DNA of 64,000 bases from an uncultured Cryomorphaceae bacterium. Lineage in GTDB: Bacteria > Bacteroidota > Bacteroidia > Flavobacteriales_D > Crocinitomicaceae. The stretch lies in the NCBI GenBank assembly GCA_913052055.1, contig CAJXDT010000008.1, positions 539 through 64,538 of the forward strand, read 5' to 3'. The notes beneath the pieces were generated by a model. It worked only from the letters and a program-made list of their open reading frames with translations. It was not told where the DNA came from and did no database searches. Positions within the stretch are counted from its first letter, which is position 1. Each line of letters begins with the position of its first letter. A program made the translations under genes and the position numbers. This document shows positions 57,503 through 64,000 of the stretch, one piece after another.

Positions 57503-60025
57503 ATGAACGACGAAAAAAAGAACATAACGAAAATTGAAAAACGCATTCTTTATGGCTTTTTTTGGTTCTTTGGATTGCTTCCTCTAGCCGTCATTTTATC
57601 CCTTTATTTGCTGCAATCGGAGGATGATTTACCGCCCGTATCTATGCTTGACAATCCCCCCGAACTTTTGGCATCAGATATTATTGCCAACAATGCAAGT
57701 GGCGCCAATGTAACCATCGGAAAATTTTGGCAGGTCAATCGCTCAAGTGTGCCCTATTCAGAGATATCCACAAACGTTTTAGATGCTTTACTTGCGACTG
57801 AAGACGAACGTTTTCTCGAACATTCAGGAATTGATTTTAGGGCCTTGATGAGGTCTATTTCTTCAATGGGGAAAAGCGGAGGTGCGTCAACAATTCCGCA
57901 ACAGCTTGCAAAGCTCCTTTTTACACTTCAAAAAAGATCAAGAAGCAAAGATGAAACACAATCGACAAGCTCGAAAATCTTAGGTAAGTTCGGTCGTATT
58001 AATGAAAAAGCACAGGAGCATATTATTGCCACAAGGCTTGAACAAAGATATACGAAGAAAGAAATTCTTACGATGTACCTGAATCAGTTCGACTACCTTT
58101 ACAACGCAGTTGGAATTGAAAATGCAGCAACCGTTTATTTTAATAAAACAGCAGCTGAGCTATCTAAAACGGAAGCAGCAACGCTTGTTGGGATGTGCAA
58201 AAACCCAGGATTATATAACCCATATTCCTACCAGATAAGAAACTACGCACGTCGACTTGCTTCCCGAAAGAACCTTAAACCAGCGGATATAAGCACAAAA
58301 GAAATAGATGATGCACGCTCAAAAGATTCATTAAGGGCAATTGAAAGAAGGAATCAGGTACTTTTCCAATGGCTTCGCAACAGCAATAGCAATAATAACG
58401 CGCTTCATAATAAAATCACTCGTGAAGAATATGACTCCTTAAAAAGGACACCTATTTTGGTCAGCTATACCACTGTAGACCATAAAGAAGGATTGGCTCC
58501 ATATTTCCGAGAAAGTCTAAGGCAAGAGGTGAGTAAATTACTGAAAGAAAAAGACAAAGATGGAGACTATCGATATGCAAAAAAAGACGGGACTCCCTAT
58601 AATATTTACCGTGATGGGCTCAAAATATACACGACATTAAATACATCATTGCAAGAAAAGGCAGAGGCAGCTGTTGTGAAACACCTAAGCGGAAAGGACC
58701 CAATAGAGAAGAACGCAAAAAAGGTTCCTTCTCTACAAGAAAAGTTCGATAGAAACAATCGAGGTCTGAGGCGATTTCCTTTTTCAAATACCTTGAAAAA
58801 ATCAACTGTTGAATCGATTTTAAAGCGAGCGCAAAGAGGTAGCGCAAGATATTACGCGATGAAAAGATCAGGATTAAGCACAGATGAAATTGACAAGGCT
58901 TTTCTTAAGCCTACACCAATGAAAATATTCAGCTGGAAGGGAGAAATTGATACGGTATTGACTCCCGCAGACTCTATCAAATACTACAAATCATTTTTGC
59001 ACACCGGACTTATTTCCGTTGAACCAGCTACCGGTTTTGTCAAAGCATGGGTAGGTGGCGCCAACTTCAAGCATTTCTCGTACGATCATGCGAGACAAGG
59101 CAAAAGACAAGTTGGTTCAACCATAAAACCTTTTGTATACGCAACTGCACTCTCTATGAAGGTGGTAAATCCCTGCACCAAATTTACAGAGGAAGAGCAT
59201 TGCGTCGATATTGTAGACGAAAATAATATTCTTCTAAAGCAATACTGTCCTGGTGGAGACGCAGCAGAAACAGTAAGTCTAGGAATCGCCAAATCATCGA
59301 ACCCAACCACAGCAGGAGTCATGGGTAGAATGGGGCGATTCAATTCCTTTCTTAAAACAGGAGGTCCTTTTCAAATTGACAAACTGCTGAGAAAAATGAA
59401 TGTGTTTTTAAGGCCAGAAGATCTTGTTCCCGCAATGTGCCTGGGTAGTATGGACCTATCCTTGTATGAGCTCGTTTCAGCTCAATGTGTTTTTGTGAAC
59501 GAAGGCGTTTATAATAAACCAACCACCATTGAACGAATTGAAGATAGAAACGGAAAAGTGATTTATGAAGCGCATCAAGAACGCAAAAAAGTGTTGAGCC
59601 CAACAGTTGCACATGAAGTGCTAAAAATGATGCTCGGAGTCGTACAGGGAGGCACAGGGTCTAGCCTCAGGGGCTCATGGAGACCATGGGGGGGTATTAC
59701 CGCTCAAACCGCAGGAAAAACAGGAACAACACAAAACAATTCTGATGGTTGGTTCATGGGCTTAACGCCTGAATTGGTTACTGGTGTTTGGGTTGGGGCG
59801 GAAGACCGTTCTGTCCGTTTTAAAACAATGGCTTGGGGACAAGGAGCAAGAATGGCTCTACCTATTTATGGTTATTACATGCAGAAGGTATATGCAGATA
59901 GAAGAATAAATCTTTCAACTGAAGACTTTGCTGTTCCTGTTGAGTATAACCCAGAAGAATTTAAATGCGACGCAAACACAACACTAGACCCATTAGAAAT
60001 GGAGAGTGGAGAACCTGATTTTTAA
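57503..60025 (+). CDS. class A penicillin-binding protein (PBP1A-type glycosyltransferase/transpeptidase)
   Basis: GT51 motifs 'TEDERFLEHSGID' and 'GASTIPQQLAK'. Transpeptidase motifs 'GSTIKPF' and 'GKTGTT'. Confidence 0.85.
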   Translation: MNDEKKNITKIEKRILYGFFWFFGLLPLAVILSLYLLQSEDDLPPVSMLDNPPELLASDIIANNASGANVTIGKFWQVNRSSVPYSEISTNVLDALLATEDERFLEHSGIDFRALMRSISSMGKSGGASTIPQQLAKLLFTLQKRSRSKDETQSTSSKILGKFGRINEKAQEHIIATRLEQRYTKKEILTMYLNQFDYLYNAVGIENAATVYFNKTAAELSKTEAATLVGMCKNPGLYNPYSYQIRNYARRLASRKNLKPADISTKEIDDARSKDSLRAIERRNQVLFQWLRNSNSNNNALHNKITREEYDSLKRTPILVSYTTVDHKEGLAPYFRESLRQEVSKLLKEKDKDGDYRYAKKDGTPYNIYRDGLKIYTTLNTSLQEKAEAAVVKHLSGKDPIEKNAKKVPSLQEKFDRNNRGLRRFPFSNTLKKSTVESILKRAQRGSARYYAMKRSGLSTDEIDKAFLKPTPMKIFSWKGEIDTVLTPADSIKYYKSFLHTGLISVEPATGFVKAWVGGANFKHFSYDHARQGKRQVGSTIKPFVYATALSMKVVNPCTKFTEEEHCVDIVDENNILLKQYCPGGDAAETVSLGIAKSSNPTTAGVMGRMGRFNSFLKTGGPFQIDKLLRKMNVFLRPEDLVPAMCLGSMDLSLYELVSAQCVFVNEGVYNKPTTIERIEDRNGKVIYEAHQERKKVLSPTVAHEVLKMMLGVVQGGTGSSLRGSWRPWGGITAQTAGKTGTTQNNSDGWFMGLTPELVTGVWVGAEDRSVRFKTMAWGQGARMALPIYGYYMQKVYADRRINLSTEDFAVPVEYNPEEFKCDANTTLDPLEMESGEPDF

Positions 60026-60028
60026 AAT

Positions 60029-60724
60029 ATGAATAAAGTAGTAAGTAATGTGACGGAAGCCGTCGCTGGAATAGAAGATAAAATGACACTAATGCTCGGT
60101 GGATTTGGGCTATGTGGGATTCCTGAAAACTCAATTGCAGAGCTCGTTAAAATGGGCATTACGGAGCTCACTTGTATAAGCAACAATGCCGGAGTAGATG
60201 ATTTTGGGCTTGGGTTGCTGCTTCAAAATAAGCAAATTAAAAAAATGATTAGCTCCTATGTGGGAGAAAATGATGAGTTTGAAAGACAAATGCTCTCAGG
60301 TGAATTGGAAGTAGATCTGATACCCCAAGGAAGCCTAGCAGAAAGATGCCGGGCAGGTGGTGCTGGTATTCCAGCTTTTTTCACTCCGGCAGGATACGGA
60401 ACAGAAGTTGCCGAAGGTAAAGAAGTTCGTGTTTTTAATGGTAAACCACACATACTAGAAAGTGCACTTCATGCAGACTTTGCCATCGTTAAAGCCTGGA
60501 AAGGAGATACAGAAGGAAATCTGGTTTTTAAGGCAACAGCCAGAAACTTTAATCCGATGATGGCCATGGCGGGAAAAATCACCGTAGCAGAAGTAGAAGA
60601 ATTGCTTCCTGCCGGGGAATTAAATCCCAATGAAATTCATACTCCAGGCATATTCGTACAACGAATTTTTAAAGGAGCAAGATTTGAAAAAAGAATAGAG
60701 CAAAGAACAACAAGAACTAAATAA
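60029..60724 (+). CDS. scoA: 3-oxoacid CoA-transferase subunit A
   Basis: '[13 protein letters not shown]' and '[30 protein letters not shown]' are typical of ScoA/AtoD. Confidence 0.85.
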   Translation: MNKVVSNVTEAVAGIEDKMTLMLGGFGLCGIPENSIAELVKMGITELTCISNNAGVDDFGLGLLLQNKQIKKMISSYVGENDEFERQMLSGELEVDLIPQGSLAERCRAGGAGIPAFFTPAGYGTEVAEGKEVRVFNGKPHILESALHADFAIVKAWKGDTEGNLVFKATARNFNPMMAMAGKITVAEVEELLPAGELNPNEIHTPGIFVQRIFKGARFEKRIEQRTTRTK

Positions 60725-60725
60725 T

Positions 60726-61382
60726 ATGGCACTAGATAAAAAAGGTATCGCGCAAAGAATCGCACAGGAACTTAGAGATGGCTGGTACGTTAATTTAGGA
60801 ATTGGCATACCAACACTTGTTGCAAACTATATCCCAGAAGGGATTGAGGTCGAGTTTCAATCAGAAAACGGTGTACTCGGCATGGGCCCATTTCCATTCG
60901 ATGGTGAAGAAGATGCTGACCTCATCAATGCAGGAAAACAAACCATTACGACAATGAAAGGAGCATCCTTTTTTGATTCTGCTACTTCCTTTGCGATGAT
61001 TCGTGGGCAGCATGTACAGCTTACCGTATTGGGCGCCATGGAGGTTTCAGAAAATGGGGACATCGCGAACTGGAAAATTCCAGGTAAGATGGTAAAAGGA
61101 ATGGGAGGAGCTATGGATTTAGTCGCTTCTGCTGATAATATTATTGTCGCAATGATGCACAGCAATCGTGCGGGTGTATCCAAACTTCTTAAAAATTGTT
61201 CCTTGCCGCTAACAGGTGTTGCTTGCGTGAAAAAGGTCGTGACCGATCTTGCCGTTCTTGAAATCAAGGAGGGTGCTTTTCATTTACTTGAAAGAGCACC
61301 TGGAGTGAGTGTTGAAGAGATAAAATCCAAAACGGAAGGGAACTTAATTGTAAACGGAGAGGTTCCAGAAATGTCACTTTAA
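60726..61382 (+). CDS. scoB: 3-oxoacid CoA-transferase subunit B
   Basis: 'NLGIGIPT' and the catalytic-Glu motif 'QSENGVLGMGP'. Confidence 0.85.
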   Translation: MALDKKGIAQRIAQELRDGWYVNLGIGIPTLVANYIPEGIEVEFQSENGVLGMGPFPFDGEEDADLINAGKQTITTMKGASFFDSATSFAMIRGQHVQLTVLGAMEVSENGDIANWKIPGKMVKGMGGAMDLVASADNIIVAMMHSNRAGVSKLLKNCSLPLTGVACVKKVVTDLAVLEIKEGAFHLLERAPGVSVEEIKSKTEGNLIVNGEVPEMSL

Positions 61383-61386
61383 ATTC

Positions 61387-62196
61387 ATGCAAGAACTAGC
61401 ATCCAAGTATACCATTGCCATTAAAGCAGCAGTTGAAGCTTCTCATAAGATTATGGACATTTATGAACATGAATTTGATACTATAATCAAAGATGATGGC
61501 TCACCACTCACCAAAGCAGATTTAGCGTCTACCAAAATCATCCATAAGCACCTCGAGCCGATTGGCATTCCTATTACAGGAGAAGAAACAGACAAGATGC
61601 CCTTTTCTGAGCGCAAAAACTGGACAGAATGTTGGTGCGTAGATCCATTGGATGGAACAAAAGAATTCATCAATAGGAATGGCGAATTTGCCGTAAACAT
61701 TGCCTTGTTGCGAGATGGAAAACCTGTCTTCGGACTCATTGCTTCTCCAGTACAAAAACTGATGTATGTCGGAGGCGCTGAAACAGGCGTTTTTAAAATC
61801 GAATTTGATTCGATAGAGAATACTACTAAATGGGAAACCATAAGTGATCCAATTGCAATCAATGACCCGATTGTCATGACCTGCTCAAGAAGTCATCATT
61901 CTGGCCCTGTTATTCATTTTATCAACGACCTTAAAAAAATATCCCCAACAGTAGAGTTCGCAAAAAAAGGATCCTCCTTGAAGTTTTTCGATCTCGCGAG
62001 TGGCGCGGCTGATGCCTACCCAAGATTTGCACCTACTATGGAGTGGGATATCGCGGCCGGGCAAGCCATACTCGAGGCGCTTGGTGGATCAGTGGTGCAT
62101 GCAGAAACAGGACTGCCCTTATGTTACAATAAAGAGAACCTAACCAATCCTTATTTCATCGCCAAAATAAAACCGCTTTTAGCCCTATCTTCATGA
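61387..62196 (+). CDS. cysQ: 3'(2'),5'-bisphosphate nucleotidase
   Basis: Inositol-monophosphatase superfamily motifs 'ITGEE', 'WCVDPLDGTKEF' and 'WDIAAGQAILEA'. Size and layout match CysQ. Confidence 0.8.
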   Translation: MQELASKYTIAIKAAVEASHKIMDIYEHEFDTIIKDDGSPLTKADLASTKIIHKHLEPIGIPITGEETDKMPFSERKNWTECWCVDPLDGTKEFINRNGEFAVNIALLRDGKPVFGLIASPVQKLMYVGGAETGVFKIEFDSIENTTKWETISDPIAINDPIVMTCSRSHHSGPVIHFINDLKKISPTVEFAKKGSSLKFFDLASGAADAYPRFAPTMEWDIAAGQAILEALGGSVVHAETGLPLCYNKENLTNPYFIAKIKPLLALSS

Positions 62197-63677
62197 AAAA
62201 GATAAGCTGCATACTTGTGCTTTTTAGTGCCGTCTTTGTGCATGCGCAAGTAGAATCTTTGGCGGGCCATAATTATTTCCGAGACCTGTCCCAAAAACCA
62301 GGTTTTAAAATAGAGGCGTTTCCTTCTCATTTGCCGAAAGGCAGCACTCAGATTTCCTTTCGGAATAAATTAAAGAAACACTTCATGGATACATACCTCT
62401 TTGAAGTTCATGAAAAAAATGTCAACCTCTACCTATCTCCCGTAGTAAATTTTCAAGCGGGCCAGGACTGGCTGGATGAAGGTGGGCCAACTTTATACCA
62501 AAACACTCGGGGCATATATGTGAAAGGGACCCTGCTTAAGAATTTCTCTTTCGCCACAACCTTCGTAGAAAATCAAGCGCGGTTCAGCAAGTATGAAAAT
62601 AATTTTATCTCGAGCCATGGAGAATTTTATCCCAATGCCTCAACTGTTCAGCAAAACGGTGTGGTCTCCGGCGGAGGGCGTACGAAACCATTCAAGGAAG
62701 GTGGATATGATTACGGCTATGCCATCGGTTCGTTTCTATACAAACCCATTGAAAATCTCGAAATACGTGCAGGAAACGCGCCGACCTTTGTAGGTTCGGG
62801 TTACCGTTCTTTGATCCTTTCGGACAACAGCTATCAAGCACCGAGCATTGATGTCAAATACACCTTTTTAAAAAAATGGAGCTACGGTGTTCGCAGAACC
62901 AGGCGCTTTAATTTGATTCGAAAGACAGCCTTTTCAACAGTAGAAGGTTATTACCAACCCAAAGCTTCTTCAAGACATTATTTAAACTATCAAGTCAATC
63001 AAAATATTACCGTTGGACTCTCTGAAAATTCGATTTGGTCTATGGGGGACACCGCTACCATAAGACCTAATGGATTCTATTATGCTCCAGTCCCCTTTCT
63101 TGGTTTGAGCCAGTCCACAAATCATACAATTTATGGTTTTGATGCCTCTGAAGTAGTCGGAAAGAAAACAATATTTTACCAACAACTTGTGCTTTCTGGG
63201 TTTGATGTATCGCAGATGGGACTCCAGTTGGGTGTTCGCTTTTATGACCTTCTTCCAAATTCCATGCTTCAGCTAGAATACAATAAGGTGGGTAGTGAAT
63301 TGTATGCTGCTGACACTCCAAATATGAGCTATACCCACTACAACCTTCCGTTGGCTCATCCGAAAGGACAGGGTTTTGATGAGCTGGTTATTCGAGCCAA
63401 TGTATCAATCAAACGTATTTATGGAGAAAGCAAAACTGTTTGCTATTGGCTTAAAAATTATAACGAACGCGACCTGCTTCCAATGGACAATGAAAGCCCA
63501 TCAATTGATGACCTAATCATTCATCAACAGTTTGAATTGGGCTACCGCATCAATCCAGAAATCAATTTCTGTTTCTTTGGTCGTGCCGTTTTAAGAGTCT
63601 CTGATATTGACATCACACAAATGCTCATTCATATTGGCTTAAGTACAAATTTATTTAATAGCTACAATGATTATTAG
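62193..63677 (+). CDS. outer-membrane beta-barrel protein, Wzi-like (capsule-assembly family) candidate
   Basis: Signal peptide 'LVLFSAVFVHAQ'. 'FVGSGYRSLILSDNSYQAP' resembles the Wzi 'WGPGYEGSLI..D...P' motif. Beta-rich with a C-terminal aromatic residue. ATGA overlap with cysQ. Confidence 0.45.
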   Translation: MKKISCILVLFSAVFVHAQVESLAGHNYFRDLSQKPGFKIEAFPSHLPKGSTQISFRNKLKKHFMDTYLFEVHEKNVNLYLSPVVNFQAGQDWLDEGGPTLYQNTRGIYVKGTLLKNFSFATTFVENQARFSKYENNFISSHGEFYPNASTVQQNGVVSGGGRTKPFKEGGYDYGYAIGSFLYKPIENLEIRAGNAPTFVGSGYRSLILSDNSYQAPSIDVKYTFLKKWSYGVRRTRRFNLIRKTAFSTVEGYYQPKASSRHYLNYQVNQNITVGLSENSIWSMGDTATIRPNGFYYAPVPFLGLSQSTNHTIYGFDASEVVGKKTIFYQQLVLSGFDVSQMGLQLGVRFYDLLPNSMLQLEYNKVGSELYAADTPNMSYTHYNLPLAHPKGQGFDELVIRANVSIKRIYGESKTVCYWLKNYNERDLLPMDNESPSIDDLIIHQQFELGYRINPEINFCFFGRAVLRVSDIDITQMLIHIGLSTNLFNSYNDY

Positions 63678-64000
63678 GCTCACCATATTATTTTTCTGTT
63701 TGCTCTGTGCCGATAGGTCGTGGAGTCAAACTGATGTTGGATATATCAATGTCAGTATTGAGAAGGTTCCTGCCGCAAGATGCAGAATCTCTGTACAGCC
63801 CTCAACAGATGTCTTAACAGATACCAATCAGATTAAAAGCGAAAGCGTCAATCCTGTTGAAGTCCCGCCACGAAAAATAATTGAAGGAACCGATAAATCA
63901 GAAAAGGAAAGTGCTTTTAAAAAGCATTATTACTTGAGACACCAAACAAGAACAAACAATTATAATTTAGGCTTTCGTCTTTCAAAAGATTCAGAAAAAA
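63667..64000 (+). CDS. secreted protein of unknown function, 5' fragment running off the right edge
   Basis: The ATG at 63667 overlaps the preceding stop by 11 nt. The frame stays open to the window end and encodes MIIRLTILFFCLLCADRSWSQTDVGYINVS..., which carries a signal peptide. It is absent from the ORF track because no stop lies in the window. Confidence 0.35.
   Translation, partial: MIIRLTILFFCLLCADRSWSQTDVGYINVSIEKVPAARCRISVQPSTDVLTDTNQIKSESVNPVEVPPRKIIEGTDKSEKESAFKKHYYLRHQTRTNNYNLGFRLSKDSEK

Noticed and set aside
1-64000. Search for tRNA/rRNA genes, CRISPR arrays, IS elements, integrases, prophage or known defence systems
   Set aside because: I saw no T-loop/acceptor-like tRNA signatures, no regularly spaced direct repeats, no transposase/integrase/recombinase-like ORFs and no nuclease/ATPase/methylase defence gene clusters. 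The window reads as core chromosome.

Overview
AT-rich, almost fully coding chromosomal segment. It looks like Bacteroidota, probably Flavobacteriia: T9SS type-A and type-B C-terminal sorting domains, SprB-type repeats, TAnnTTTG-like -7 boxes and no obvious Shine-Dalgarno sequences. This taxon call is my inference.

The content is mostly housekeeping:
- the 3' part of a translationally coupled his operon (hisC'-hisB-hisH-hisA-hisF-hisIE)
- asmA-like, phoX-like phosphatase, a DECR-like SDR, pirin, mscS, NUDIX, fumC, a tryptophan 2,3-dioxygenase and an M20 dipeptidase
- polA, rseP, paaZ, amt, hflX, lepA, comF, nrdBA and purH
- an mreBCD-mrdA-rodA elongasome block followed by PBP1A, scoAB, cysQ and a Wzi-like outer-membrane protein

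I saw no rRNA, tRNA, CRISPR array, transposase, integrase or recognisable defence or toxin genes. This is an ordinary core region rather than an island.

The most interesting signal (15.8-17.5 kb) is a small NTF2-like protein ending in an LHHSS signature. I read it as a candidate iota-class (Zn-independent) carbonic anhydrase. It lies directly upstream, on the same strand, of a COG0523 (CxCC, His-rich) zinc-metallochaperone GTPase, which suggests a zinc-sparing CO2/bicarbonate module.

Secondary points:
- a T9SS cargo operon translationally coupled to an orphan family-5 solute-binding lipoprotein
- a 70-aa ORF abutting amt where glnK normally sits, with a palindrome over its putative -7 box
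- a Cys-rich tail on a flavoprotein
- a 465-bp non-coding leader before nrdBA

All functional calls come from motif recognition by eye. No searches were run.
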